In this document: positions 1 to 10,348 of the stretch, piece after piece
How positions within the stretch are numbered: position 1 is the stretch's first letter
Layout of the letters: every line of letters begins with the position of its first letter
DNA from: Myxococcota bacterium
GTDB lineage: Bacteria; Myxococcota_A; UBA9160; UBA4427
NCBI GenBank assembly: GCA_046583095.1
Contig: JAYGDB010000048.1
Location: forward strand, 18,865-82,864
Direction of reading: 5' to 3'
Length of the DNA stretch: 64,000 nucleotides
Translations under genes and position numbers: made by a program
Notes under the pieces: generated by a model
Databases searched by the model: none
Seen by the model: only the letters and a program-made list of their open reading frames with translations
Told to the model about the DNA's origin: nothing

Positions 1-1
1 G

Positions 2-622
2 ATCTCTCATATCGATGCGCTGTGCCACGTCTTCGTGAAGGAGAAGATGTACAACGGCTTCCCGGCAACCGACGTAAAGAGCACGGGCGCGCTGCGCAAC
101 AGCATCATGGCGGCGAAGGACGGCATCGCCTCACGCGGTGTCCTGCTCGACATCCCGCGCCTGCGAGGCGTCGAGTGGCTCGAACTCGGCACCGCCATCG
201 AACCCGACGAACTGGAAGCCGCCGAGGAAGCCCAGGGCGTGCACGTCGACGAGGGCGACATTCTGCTTGTCGCGACGGGCCGCGACGCGCGCGGCCGGAG
301 CCAGGGCCGCTGGTCGGCGCTCTCCGGCATGGCCGGCCTGCACTCGACCTGTGTGCCGTGGCTCCACGAGCGGCGAATCGCCGTGCTGGGCAGCGACGGA
401 ATCTCCGACGCGATCCCGGGGCCCGGGGTGGAGGGGTGGCCGATGCCGCTCCACCAGTGTTGCCTCGTGGCGATGGGCGTGCACCTGCTCGACAACCTGC
501 GGCTCGACCGCCTCGCTGCGGCGTGCATCGAACGCGAGCGTTGGGAGTTCCTGCTGACGATTGCACCGCTACGGGTCGAGGGGGGCACCGGGTCACCCGT
601 CAATCCGATCGCGGTGTTCTGA
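2..622 (+). CDS. cyclase family protein (kynurenine-formamidase-like), 5' end cut by window edge
   Basis: The frame is open from base 2 (..ISHIDALCHVF.., the tail of the His/Asp metal motif of putative cyclases). It continues through track ORF 35..622. Confidence 0.7.
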   Translation: MSHIDALCHVFVKEKMYNGFPATDVKSTGALRNSIMAAKDGIASRGVLLDIPRLRGVEWLELGTAIEPDELEAAEEAQGVHVDEGDILLVATGRDARGRSQGRWSALSGMAGLHSTCVPWLHERRIAVLGSDGISDAIPGPGVEGWPMPLHQCCLVAMGVHLLDNLRLDRLAAACIERERWEFLLTIAPLRVEGGTGSPVNPIAVF

Positions 623-683
623 AACCGCGACAGCAATCAGAGGCGCGAGCCAACACCGTGAACCTTGCCACCAGGAGACCTCC

Positions 684-1451
684 ATGCCCACCTCCCACGG
701 TCGCCTCCAGGACCGGATCGCGGTCGTCACGGGCGGCGCGCGGGGCGTCGGTGCCGAGATTGCCCGCCTCTTCGTGGCCGAGGGCGCGCGGGTCGCGCTC
801 CTCGACATCCTGGACGACGAGGGACAGGCAACAGCCGAAGAACTCGGGGATGCGGCGCGCTACCAACACTGCGACGTCTCTCGCGAGGCGGACTGGGCAG
901 CCACCATGGAGGCGGTACTCGACTGGGGCGGCCGCCTCGACGTGCTCGTGAACAATGCCGCCGTGCTGCATCTCGATTGGCTCGAGAACACGACGGCGGC
1001 GGACTACGAGCGCCTCTTCCGCGTAAACGAGCTGGGCGTCTTCTTGGGAGTGCGCTCGGCCATCGCGCCGATGCGCGCGGCGGGCGGCGGCTCGATCGTG
1101 AACATCTCCACCGTCGACGCCGCGCTGCCCTCGCCGCTGACGGTTGCGTACTCGGCTACCAAGTTCGCCGTGGAAGGAATCACGCGAGTGGCTGCGCTCG
1201 AGCTGCGAGCCGACAAGATCCGCGTGAATGCGGTGAACGCGGGCTTCGGAAGCAAGCATCTCGTGATGGAAGCGACCGGTGGGTTCCAGCCACCCCAGGC
1301 GGTGATCGAGGCCCACGACAAGCCGGAGGAGATCTCGGCGGGCGCGCGAACGGTGCTGTTCCTGGCTTCCGATGACAGCTCGATCGTGACGGGCGCGTCG
1401 CTTGCGGCAGACCACGGCTTTGCGGCAGGGATGCCCTTGCCGAAGCGTTGA
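684..1451 (+). CDS. SDR family oxidoreductase
   Basis: ATG 684 follows AGGAGA. Contains TGGARGVG (TGxxxGxG), NNAA and YSATK (YxxxK). The upstream part of track ORF 561.. is Arg/Ser-rich non-coding-looking sequence. Confidence 0.9.
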   Translation: MPTSHGRLQDRIAVVTGGARGVGAEIARLFVAEGARVALLDILDDEGQATAEELGDAARYQHCDVSREADWAATMEAVLDWGGRLDVLVNNAAVLHLDWLENTTAADYERLFRVNELGVFLGVRSAIAPMRAAGGGSIVNISTVDAALPSPLTVAYSATKFAVEGITRVAALELRADKIRVNAVNAGFGSKHLVMEATGGFQPPQAVIEAHDKPEEISAGARTVLFLASDDSSIVTGASLAADHGFAAGMPLPKR

Positions 1452-1498
1452 TGCTGCCACGCCGACCCCGAGCCCACAGGCGCTGTAACGTCTGACCC

Positions 1499-2512
1499 AT
1501 GGCCAACGAAATCGACGTCACACCACTTCGAGAAGCGGCCGCCGAAGAGATCGCCAACGGGCTCACTGCCTGCCAGCTCGCCGTGGGCCGAGAGGGCGAG
1601 ATCGTCTGGACGGAATCCTTCGGTACCGCCGATCCCGAGACGCGCTTCGGCGTCGCATCCGCCACCAAGCCAATCGTCGCCTCGGCGATCTGGTTGCTGA
1701 TCGGCGACGGCCTGCTCGACATCAGCCGACCCGTCGCCGACTACGCCCCCGAGTTTGGAGCCAACGGCAAGCATGCGGTGACCGTCGAGCAGGTGCTACT
1801 GATGATCTGCGGCTTCCCGAGCGCGATGATGGGCCCGCTCGAAGGCGCCGACCCCGAGCGCCGCATCGCGCGCCTCGCCAGGTGGGAACTCGAGTACGAG
1901 CCGGGCACCCAGTACGTCTACCACGGGGGCTCCGCTCACTGGGTGTTGGCCGAGCTGATCGAACGACTCGGCGGCCTCGACTTCCGCGACTTCGTCGAGC
2001 AGCGCGTCACGCAGCCGCTCGGCCTGCCGCGCGTGCTCGGCATCCCGCGCGCCGAGCAGACGAAGATCGCGCAGCTCTCGGGACCGTCGCCGCGCGACCG
2101 AGCCTTCGACTACGGGGAAATGATCGAAGCCGGGGTCCCGGGCGGCGGTGGCGTCATGACGGCTTCCACGCTCGCACTCTTCTACCAGGCCCTCCTCCAC
2201 AATCCCGGCGGCTTGTGGAAGGCCGACGTGCTCGAGGACGCCACCACGAACATCCGCTGCACGCTCCCCGATCCGCTGATGAACCTGCCCGCCAACCGCA
2301 CGCTCGGCGTGGTGATCGGCGCCGGCTTCGGAACCACCTGGGGGAAGTCGCCGACCGCCTTCGGCTGGCCCGGCGCCGGCGGCCAGATCGGCTTCGCGGA
2401 GCCCGCAACCGGGATCTCGTTCTCGTTCCTGCAGGCCGGCGATCCCGACCAGACGAGCCAGTTCGGCCGCGCGCTCAAACTGTCGAGCCTGGCTCTCGGG
2501 CTAGGGGGCTGA
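1499..2512 (+). CDS. serine hydrolase, beta-lactamase-related family
   Basis: 337 aa with an SxxK nucleophile motif (SATK) near the N-terminus. Length and overall pattern fit class C/esterase-type serine hydrolases. Confidence 0.75.
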   Translation: MANEIDVTPLREAAAEEIANGLTACQLAVGREGEIVWTESFGTADPETRFGVASATKPIVASAIWLLIGDGLLDISRPVADYAPEFGANGKHAVTVEQVLLMICGFPSAMMGPLEGADPERRIARLARWELEYEPGTQYVYHGGSAHWVLAELIERLGGLDFRDFVEQRVTQPLGLPRVLGIPRAEQTKIAQLSGPSPRDRAFDYGEMIEAGVPGGGGVMTASTLALFYQALLHNPGGLWKADVLEDATTNIRCTLPDPLMNLPANRTLGVVIGAGFGTTWGKSPTAFGWPGAGGQIGFAEPATGISFSFLQAGDPDQTSQFGRALKLSSLALGLGG

Positions 2513-2628
2513 GCGACACGCCCGGCGCCCCATCGCTTCGCCACCGGCCGGCGGTTGAGCCTAGGATACAGACCGCACTACAATCGCGGTTCGGACGGTC
2601 TCGCCGCCCGCCCCGTCAGGAGGCTCCC

Positions 2629-3819
2629 ATGCGCACCGATCTCTGCGATCTCTTCGGCATCGACGTTCCGATCTTCGCGTTCAGCCACTGTCGAGACGTC
2701 GTGGCTGCGGTCACGAACGCTGGCGGGCTCGGGGTACTGGGCGCCCTGGCCTTCTCGCCCGAGCAACTCGAACTCGAACTCAGGTGGATCGACGACAACG
2801 TCGACGGGAAGCCCTACGGCGTCGACACCGTGATGCCCATGAGCTACGCGGGCAAGGACGAGGGCCTCGGCAAGGCCGACGCGGACACGGGCAAGGTCGA
2901 CGCCAGCGCCTTCAAGGACATGATTCCCGAAGAGACCAAGAAGTGGATCGAGCGGGTGCTCGAGGAGTACGAGGTGCCGCCCCTGCCCGAAAGCGCACGC
3001 AGCGGCACGGACTCCGGGGTCGGCGGCAGCAGTGGGCTCCTCGGCTGGACCGATGGCGGCGGACGCAACCACGTCGAGGTCGCCCTTCGGCACGAGGGCG
3101 TCAAGCTGCTCGTGAACGCACTCGGCCCGCCGCCCAAGGACATCATCGACCTGGCCCACGAGCACGGCGTGAAGGTCGCGGCGCTCACCGGAGCCGTCGA
3201 GCACGCGCTGCGTCAGAAGCAGGCCGGCGTCGACATCATCGTCGCCCAGGGAACCGAGGCCGGCGGCCATACCGGCGAGATCGGCTCGATGGTCCTGATT
3301 CCCGACATCGTCGATGCGGTGGCACCCACGCCCGTCCTCGGCGCCGGCGGCATCGCGACCGGCCGCCAGGCGGCCGCTGCCATGGCGCTCGGCGCATCGG
3401 GCGTCTGGACCGGCTCGGTCTGGCTCACCGTCGACGAGGCGGACGCCTCCCAGCTCCTGAAGGACAAGCTCTTCAGCGCGAAGCCCAAGGATGCCGTGCG
3501 CTCCCGCTCGCTGTCGGGCAAGCCGGCGAGGCTCCTGCGAACCGGCTGGACCGAGGCCTGGGAGCGGGAGGACTGTCCCGGAACCTTGCCGATGCCGCTG
3601 CAGTACATGGCGTGTGCCGAGGCCCAGGCCCGCATCGGCCTGGCGGCGCGCAAGGAAGGCTCGAAGGCCCGCGACCTGATCGGGATGCCGGTCGGGCAGG
3701 TCGTCGGCCGCATGACCCAGGAGATGAGCTCCAAAGACGTCATCTACCAGTTCATCGACGAGTTCATCGAGGTGGTGGATCGGCTGCAACAGACCCTCGA
3801 CGCAGCCGACGCGAAGTAG
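2629..3819 (+). CDS. nitronate monooxygenase (NMO / 2-nitropropane dioxygenase family)
   Basis: ATG 2629 lies 5 nt after AGGAGG. N-terminus is MRTDLCDLFGIDVPIFAFSH with GGLGVLGA, and AQGTEAGGHTG is the FMN/His motif. The first ~250 codons of track ORF 1882.. overlap the previous gene and are Arg-rich artefact. Confidence 0.9.
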   Translation: MRTDLCDLFGIDVPIFAFSHCRDVVAAVTNAGGLGVLGALAFSPEQLELELRWIDDNVDGKPYGVDTVMPMSYAGKDEGLGKADADTGKVDASAFKDMIPEETKKWIERVLEEYEVPPLPESARSGTDSGVGGSSGLLGWTDGGGRNHVEVALRHEGVKLLVNALGPPPKDIIDLAHEHGVKVAALTGAVEHALRQKQAGVDIIVAQGTEAGGHTGEIGSMVLIPDIVDAVAPTPVLGAGGIATGRQAAAAMALGASGVWTGSVWLTVDEADASQLLKDKLFSAKPKDAVRSRSLSGKPARLLRTGWTEAWEREDCPGTLPMPLQYMACAEAQARIGLAARKEGSKARDLIGMPVGQVVGRMTQEMSSKDVIYQFIDEFIEVVDRLQQTLDAADAK

Positions 3820-3949
3820 ACACACCCTGTAGAAACGGGGACTTCCGCTCCTCCAGACGCTCAGCGAGGCCCGGGCTCGGTTATTGACATCCATGTCAAT
3901 CCGATGGATTGTCCCGAGTTCGAACGACATTCACCCCTCGGAGACCCCC

Positions 3950-5062
3950 ATGAATTTCGACTTTTCGGAGGAGCAGAAGCTCCTCCAGAAGACGGCGCGT
4001 GATTTCCTCGCCGAGCACTCGCCGCTGACGGTCTGCCGCGAGATCCTCGAGTCGGATCAGCCCTACTCCCAGGCGCTCTTCAAGGCCACTGCCGAGATGG
4101 GCTTCCAGGGCACCGTGATTCCGGAAGAGTACGGCGGCGCCGGCTTCGGACATCTCGAGTTGGCCGTCGTCGCGGAAGAACTCGGTCGCGCCGTCGCGCC
4201 GGTTCCGTTCTCTTCCAGCGTCTACCTGGCAACCGAAGCGATCCTGCTCGCGGGGTCGGACGACCAGAAGCAGCAGTATCTGCCGAAGCTCGCGTCCGGC
4301 GAGGCGATCGGAACCCTCGCTGTCGTCGAGAAATCGGGACAGAACGGCACCGAGGGCGTCGAGGTGTCGTTCAAGGACGGCAAGCTCTCCGGCACGAAGC
4401 TGCCCGTCCCGGACGGGGACGTGGCCGACTTCGCGGTCGTGGCCGCGCAGACGAAGGACGGGCTCGCTCTCGTAATCGTCGACCTGGACGGGGACGGCAT
4501 AACGCGCAAGGCCGTCGGCTCGTTCGATCCCTCGCGGTCGCTGGCACAAATCGAGTTCACCGACGCCCCGGCCAGCTTGCTGGGCGACCCGGGCGCGGCC
4601 GAGGCCATCCTCGAGAAGGTCTTCAACCGGGCTGCAGTGCTGATCGGCTTCGAGCAGCTCGGCGGGGCCGAGCGGGCGTTCGAGATCACCAAGGAGTTCA
4701 TGCAGGGCCGCTACGCGTTCGGTCGTCCGATCGCGTCCTTCCAGGCCCTCAAGCACCGACTCGCCGACCTGTGGTGCGAGATCCAGCTCACCCGCTCGAA
4801 CTGCTACTACGGGGCCTGGGCTCTCAGCAACGACGCCGAGGAGCTCGGGATTGCGGCCTGCATCTCCCGGATCGCAGCCTGCAAGGCCTACGACCTCGCC
4901 GGCGTCGAGATGATCCAGCTGCACGGGGGCGTCGGATACACGTGGGAGTACGACTGCCACCTCTTCTATCGCCGGGCCAAGTTCCTTTCCGTGGTCATCG
5001 GCAGCCCGGCCAGCTGGAAGCACAAGCTGGTCTCTCGCCTGCAAACCCAGAACGCAGCCTGA
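3950..5062 (+). CDS. acyl-CoA dehydrogenase family protein (pair 1, subunit with Glu at the MCAD catalytic-base position)
   Basis: MNFDFSEEQ start after GGAGAC. ACAD-like throughout, with C-terminal GGVGYTWEYDCHLFYRRAK. Confidence 0.9.
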   Translation: MNFDFSEEQKLLQKTARDFLAEHSPLTVCREILESDQPYSQALFKATAEMGFQGTVIPEEYGGAGFGHLELAVVAEELGRAVAPVPFSSSVYLATEAILLAGSDDQKQQYLPKLASGEAIGTLAVVEKSGQNGTEGVEVSFKDGKLSGTKLPVPDGDVADFAVVAAQTKDGLALVIVDLDGDGITRKAVGSFDPSRSLAQIEFTDAPASLLGDPGAAEAILEKVFNRAAVLIGFEQLGGAERAFEITKEFMQGRYAFGRPIASFQALKHRLADLWCEIQLTRSNCYYGAWALSNDAEELGIAACISRIAACKAYDLAGVEMIQLHGGVGYTWEYDCHLFYRRAKFLSVVIGSPASWKHKLVSRLQTQNAA

Positions 5063-5084
5063 CGACAGCATTCGATCGGAGACG

Positions 5085-6332
5085 ATGATGGACTTCAACG
5101 ACACCCCCGAAGAAGAGGCGTTCCGCAACGAAGCCCGAAGCTGGCTCGAGGCAAACGCCAAGCTGAAGAACCTCAACGACCCGGGAGAGGATCTGCTGGG
5201 TGAACGCTCGTCGCCCGACGTCATCCGCGACTCCCAGGCTTGGCAGAAGCAGAAGGCCGAGGCCGGTTGGGCGTGCATCACCTGGCCGAAGGAGTACGGC
5301 GGCCGAGAGGCCACGTCGATCCAGAGCGTGATCTGGGGACAGGAAGAGGGAAAGTTCCAGACCCCGCCGAACGTCTTCGGCATCGGTCTGGGGATGTGCG
5401 GGCCGACGATCCTCACCCATGGAACCGAAGAGCAGAAGCAGCGCTGGGTTCCCGAACTCCTGTCGGGAGAGAAGATCTGGTGCCAGCTCTTCAGTGAGCC
5501 CGCTGCCGGATCCGATCTCGCGGGCCTGCGCACCACCGCGGTGAAGGACGGCGACGACTGGGTGGTCAACGGCCAGAAGATCTGGACGACCGGCGCTCAC
5601 TACTGCGATTGGGGAATCCTGGTCGTACGAACCGACGCGAACGTCGCGAAGCACGCGGGCCTCAGCTACTTCGTCGTCGACATGCGGGCCCCCGGCATCG
5701 AGATACGCCCGATCGTGCAGATCAACGGCGGCAAGGGCTTCAACGAGGTCTTCTTCACCGACGTGCGGATCCCGGATGCGAACCGACTCTCCGAGGTGGG
5801 CAACGGTTGGGCTGTCGCGATCACGACACTGATGAACGAGCGTGCATCGATCGGCGGGGGCGGTGCCGGCGGCGGCGTCAGCGACTTGCTCGAGATGGCC
5901 GAGAACACCGAGGTCAACGGCAGGCCGGCGATCGAGGATTCGGCGGTCCGCGAGAAGATCGCCGACCTCTACACCCGCAGCCGCGGCGTGCAGTACACCG
6001 GCTACCGGACCCTGACGGCCCTCTCGCGGGGGACGACACCCGGCCCGGAAGCCAGCCTCGGCAAGCTCGTCGGCGGCGCTCTCGCCCAGGACATGTCGGC
6101 CTTCGGAATCGAGTTGGCCGGCGTGACCGGTGCCACCCTCGACGACGACATCACGCCGAGCGACTCGCTCTGGCAGGACATGTACCTCTCCATCCCGGGC
6201 CTGCGCATCGCGGGCGGCACCGACGAGGTGCTGCGGAACATCATCGCGGAGCGGGTCCTCGGCCTGCCGCCGGAAACCCGGCCCGACAAGGGCATCGCGT
6301 TCAAGGACATCCCGACGGGTCCCGCGAACTAG
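5085..6332 (+). CDS. acyl-CoA dehydrogenase family protein (pair 1, partner subunit)
   Basis: MMDFNDTPEEEAFR start after GGAGA, 22 nt after the previous ACAD. Contains SEPAAGSDLA and a C-terminal IAGGTDEVLRNIIAERVLGLP. Confidence 0.9.
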   Translation: MMDFNDTPEEEAFRNEARSWLEANAKLKNLNDPGEDLLGERSSPDVIRDSQAWQKQKAEAGWACITWPKEYGGREATSIQSVIWGQEEGKFQTPPNVFGIGLGMCGPTILTHGTEEQKQRWVPELLSGEKIWCQLFSEPAAGSDLAGLRTTAVKDGDDWVVNGQKIWTTGAHYCDWGILVVRTDANVAKHAGLSYFVVDMRAPGIEIRPIVQINGGKGFNEVFFTDVRIPDANRLSEVGNGWAVAITTLMNERASIGGGGAGGGVSDLLEMAENTEVNGRPAIEDSAVREKIADLYTRSRGVQYTGYRTLTALSRGTTPGPEASLGKLVGGALAQDMSAFGIELAGVTGATLDDDITPSDSLWQDMYLSIPGLRIAGGTDEVLRNIIAERVLGLPPETRPDKGIAFKDIPTGPAN

Positions 6333-6351
6333 AACACCCCAGGTCCTCCAC

Positions 6352-6387
6352 GAGAAGCCCGGGCCGCCTTCGCGGTCCGGGCTTCTC
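6352..6387 (+). terminator. 16-bp GC-rich hairpin (CUUC tetraloop) 20 nt after the ACAD stop; likely terminator without U-tract
   Basis: gagaagcccgggccgc-cttc-gcggtccgggcttctc. I paired every position by hand: 15 Watson-Crick pairs plus 1 G.U. Confidence 0.6.
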
Positions 6388-6527
6388 CATCTCCGGGCCG
6401 ACTCGATCTCGGGAACCTTCAGCAGCGATCACGAAGGACCGATGAAGCTGCCAGCAAGGGCGATCCCAGCGAGCCCAGACCGGTGTCACGCTAACATCCT
6501 GCGCGCTCGGTTCAGCCCGGAGAATCC

Positions 6528-8276
6528 ATGGACTCCACCCGCCTCGGCCCCGAACACCGCGCGCAGTCCTTGCGGCGCATGCGCGACGAGGTGTTCGACG
6601 TCGCGATCGTCGGCGGCGGCGTCACGGGAGCTGGAGCCGCTCTCGACGCAGCCACTCGCGGGCTGAGCGTGGCACTGATCGAGCAGCGCGATTGGGCGGC
6701 GGGCACGTCGAGCCGCTCGAGCAAGCTCATCCACGGCGGTCTTCGCTACCTCGAACAGGGTGAGGTCGCGCTCGTACGCGAGGCTCGGCGCGAGCAGAGC
6801 CTGATGCTTACCCGGCTGTGCCCGCACCTGGTCACGCCGGTGTCCTTCCTGCTGCCTCTCGACCCGCGCGCCAGCCGCAGGCTCTGGCAACGACCGTACT
6901 ACGGTGCCGGGATCGCGCTCTACGAGCTGCTGTCCGGTCGCCGCGCGCTGCCCCGACATCGTCACTGGTCTCGCAGCGGGGCGCTCAAGCGCTTCCCGGG
7001 CCTGCGCGCGGATGCCCTGGCCGGCGCCATCGAGTACTCCGACGCGATCGTCGACGACGCCCGCCACACCCTCACGCTCGCACGCACCGCTGCGCGTTAC
7101 GGCGCCGCACTGGCGACGAGCGTCCGGGCCGAGGGTTTCGTCGATACGGGGAGCAGCGTCACCGGCGTCCGCGCCCGCTGCCTCGAGACAGGCGAGCAGT
7201 TCACCGTCTCGGCGCGGCGCATCGTGAATGCCACCGGTGTCTGGACCGACGACGTACAGGACATGGCGGGCCGCGGGCGGATCCACGTGCGCGCGTCGAA
7301 GGGCATCCATCTGGTGGTTCCCCGGGACCGCATCCGCGCGGAAGTCGGGCTGATCCTGCGCACGGTTTCGAGCGTCCTCTTCGTGATCCCCTGGAAGCAG
7401 CACTGGATCATCGGCACGACCGACAGCGATTGGAATCTCGACCTGGCCCATCCGGCTGCCAGCGCCCGGGACGTCGATTACCTGCTCGAAACCGTGAACG
7501 AAGTGCTCGCCGACCCAATCTCCCGGAACGACATCGAGGGAATCTACGCCGGGCTGCGTCCGCTCCTGGCCGACGAGGACGACGCAACCAGCAAGCTGTC
7601 TCGCGAGCACGCGGTCTCCGAGTCCGTCTCGGGACTGATCACCGTGGCCGGCGGGAAGTACACGACCTACCGGATCATGGCGCGAGACACGATCGATCTC
7701 GTGGCGCGCGAGCTTCCCAAGAAGGTGCCGCCGTGCTGCACGGACGAGACGCCGCTGCTCGGCGCCGAAGGTTATTGGGGAGCCTGGAACCGCCGCGAGG
7801 CCCTCGCGTACGAATCCGGCCTGCACGTCAGCCAGGTCGAGCATCTGCTGTCCCGCTACGGGTCGCTCACCCGCCAGGTTCTCGAGCTCGTCGGCGAGCG
7901 ACCCGAGCTGGGAGAACCCCTCGAAGGCGCTCCCACCTACCTCGCCGCCGAGGTCGTCTACGCGGCGTCCCACGAGGCGGCCCTCCACCTGGAAGACGTC
8001 CTGACGCGCCGGACCCGGATCTCCGTCGAGACCTTCGATCGAGGACTGCGTGCAGCGCCCGCGGCCACACGACTGATGGCACGCGAGCTCGGCTGGGACG
8101 AGGCCACGGTGAGGCGGGAGATCCACCACTACCAGCTTCGCGTGGACGCCGAGCGCGAATCCCAGGAGCAACTCGACGATCTGAGCGCCGACGCCACACG
8201 CCTGGGTGCACCGGACGTGCGGATGGGCGATCTGCGCGGGCCCGAGGTCATGGAACTCTCCCGTCGTCAGCGCTAG
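6528..8276 (+). CDS. glpD: FAD-dependent glycerol-3-phosphate dehydrogenase
   Basis: FDVAIVGGGVTGAGAALDAATRG dinucleotide fold, GTSSRSSKLIHGGLRYLEQGE, and a 582-aa length with the C-terminal GlpD-type domain. Confidence 0.9.
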   Translation: MDSTRLGPEHRAQSLRRMRDEVFDVAIVGGGVTGAGAALDAATRGLSVALIEQRDWAAGTSSRSSKLIHGGLRYLEQGEVALVREARREQSLMLTRLCPHLVTPVSFLLPLDPRASRRLWQRPYYGAGIALYELLSGRRALPRHRHWSRSGALKRFPGLRADALAGAIEYSDAIVDDARHTLTLARTAARYGAALATSVRAEGFVDTGSSVTGVRARCLETGEQFTVSARRIVNATGVWTDDVQDMAGRGRIHVRASKGIHLVVPRDRIRAEVGLILRTVSSVLFVIPWKQHWIIGTTDSDWNLDLAHPAASARDVDYLLETVNEVLADPISRNDIEGIYAGLRPLLADEDDATSKLSREHAVSESVSGLITVAGGKYTTYRIMARDTIDLVARELPKKVPPCCTDETPLLGAEGYWGAWNRREALAYESGLHVSQVEHLLSRYGSLTRQVLELVGERPELGEPLEGAPTYLAAEVVYAASHEAALHLEDVLTRRTRISVETFDRGLRAAPAATRLMARELGWDEATVRREIHHYQLRVDAERESQEQLDDLSADATRLGAPDVRMGDLRGPEVMELSRRQR

Positions 8277-8462
8277 CGCCGGGGCGTGCCGACGGCCTCC
8301 GGTCGCGGACCGCGGGGGCGGGCCGCTCCACTGAACGCACCCCCTGGACCGCTCTGACCGTTCCGTGACCACGAGGTGCCCGACTTTTGGGCAGACCCGA
8401 CGCGCACACCGCCCTGCCGGAGGCTCTAGAGCACGCGAGGCTGCTTTCGCATGCGCCGTCCA

Positions 8463-8478
8463 TGGCACAGGAGTTGCT
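8463..8478 (+). promoter_or_regulatory. sigma54 (-24/-12) promoter upstream of amtB-glnK
   Basis: TGGCAC-aggag-TTGCT matches TGGCAC-N5-TTGCW exactly. The GG-to-GC spacing is 12 nt and the site lies 88 nt upstream of the amtB ATG. Confidence 0.8.
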
Positions 8479-8565
8479 GCTCCGGAGCACGACTGGCCTG
8501 CCCTGGCGAGTCTCGGGCCAGATCTCCGTCAAACTCCGGTCCGGATCGCTTGGAGGATCCACCCG

Positions 8566-9867
8566 ATGCGCAATCGAATCCGTGGGCTGTTCACCAGCCT
8601 CGCGGTGACGCTCGTTCCGCTGCTGTTCCCCGCCCGAGCCATGGCGGAAGACGCGATCAGTCCCGGAGATACCGCCTGGATGTTGACGAGCAGCGCGCTC
8701 ATCCTGCTGATGACCCTGCCGGGCCTGGCTCTCTTCTACGGGGGCTTGGTTCGCACCAGGAACATCCTGTCGGTACTGATGCAGTGCATGATCACAGCGG
8801 CCGTAATCGGGGTCCTGTGGGTCATCGTCGGATACAGCCTCGCCTTCGATGAGGGCAACGCCTTCGTGGGCGGCCTGGGCATGCTGGGGCTGAGCGGAAT
8901 CGGCCCCGACTCCGTTTCGGGAACCATTCCCACCTACGTATTCGTGATGTTCCAGGGGATGTTCGCGATCATCACGCCGGCGCTGATGCTCGGTGCGTTC
9001 GCAGAGCGGATGAAGTTCAGCGCCTACATCGCCTTCATCGTACTGTGGGTACTGATCGTCTACTGCCCGCTGGCCCACATGGTCTGGGGGGGCGGTTGGA
9101 TCGGCGCTGACCTCGGCGCCAAGGACTTCGCCGGCGGACTCGTCGTGCACATGTCGAGCGGGTTCTCCGCCCTGGCCGCAGCGATCTACATCGGTAAGCG
9201 ACGTGGCTTCGGGAGCGAGCCGATGGCTCCGAACAGTCTGCCCCTCACCGTGATCGGCGTGTCGCTTCTGTGGGTCGGCTGGTTCGGCTTCAACGCGGGC
9301 AGCGCACTGGAAGCAAACGGCACGGCCGGCCTGGCATTCCTCACGACCCAGACCTCCGCCGCGACCAGCGTCTTGGTGTGGACGATCATCGAGTGGATCC
9401 ACCGCGGTAAGCCCACCGTACTCGGGGCCGCAACCGGCGCCGTGGCCGGCCTCGGCGCCATCACGCCCGCTTGCGCCTTCGTCGGTCCGATGGGCGCAAT
9501 TGCGGTGGGCGCAGTTTCCGCGGGGCTCTGCTACACGGCCGTCACGCTCCTCAAACCGGCTCTCGGATACGACGACTCCCTCGACGTCTTCGGCGTCCAC
9601 GGGGTCGGGGGTGCCTGGGGCGTCATCGCAACAGGCATCTTCATCGCCGACTTCGCCCTGGACGGGGTGAGCCGAGGTGAACAGGTCATCAAGCAACTCA
9701 TCAGCGTTGGCTTCACCGCAGTGTTCGCAGTGGTCATGAGCCTCATGATCCTGGCCGTGCTGAAGACGGTCCTCGGCGGTCTGCGAGTCAGCGAAGAAGC
9801 AGAACACGAGGGCTTGGATCTCTCCGAACACTCGGAGACTGCCTATGGCTCGTACTCACCCAACTGA
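8566..9867 (+). CDS. amtB: ammonium transporter
   Basis: ATG 8566 follows GGAGGA. Has a signal peptide, then DTAWMLTSSALILLMTLPGLALFYGG and a multi-TM Amt pattern. Track ORF start 8365 is an upstream extension. Confidence 0.92.
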   Translation: MRNRIRGLFTSLAVTLVPLLFPARAMAEDAISPGDTAWMLTSSALILLMTLPGLALFYGGLVRTRNILSVLMQCMITAAVIGVLWVIVGYSLAFDEGNAFVGGLGMLGLSGIGPDSVSGTIPTYVFVMFQGMFAIITPALMLGAFAERMKFSAYIAFIVLWVLIVYCPLAHMVWGGGWIGADLGAKDFAGGLVVHMSSGFSALAAAIYIGKRRGFGSEPMAPNSLPLTVIGVSLLWVGWFGFNAGSALEANGTAGLAFLTTQTSAATSVLVWTIIEWIHRGKPTVLGAATGAVAGLGAITPACAFVGPMGAIAVGAVSAGLCYTAVTLLKPALGYDDSLDVFGVHGVGGAWGVIATGIFIADFALDGVSRGEQVIKQLISVGFTAVFAVVMSLMILAVLKTVLGGLRVSEEAEHEGLDLSEHSETAYGSYSPN

Positions 9868-10275
<408 letters not shown>

Positions 10276-10348
10276 TCGAGAAGTCTGCAGTTGCAGACCC
10301 GGCGCCGAGAGCGGGGTGTGCCATCGCGAAATGGCTAAGCTCGGCGCG

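Noticed and set aside
1882-2628. N-terminal extensions in the track ORFs, e.g. 1882..2628 of the NMO ORF, 23683..24093 of polB, 13862..15613 extending the PTER ORF, 56288..57646 and 8365..8565.
   Set aside because: The extensions overlap the preceding gene or are Arg-rich. Good internal starts with GGAG-type RBS match the family N-termini.
3896-5569. Very long alternate-strand or alternate-frame ORFs. Examples: 3896..5569(-), 6486..8468(-), 8248..9831(-), 13181..14851(+), 22757..23977(-), 40762..42135(-), 50731..53946(+), 61775..63232(-).
   Set aside because: They overlap genes with clear family motifs. Their products are Arg/Ala/Gly/Pro-rich low-complexity strings typical of stop-poor off-frames in high-GC DNA, and no motifs are recognisable.
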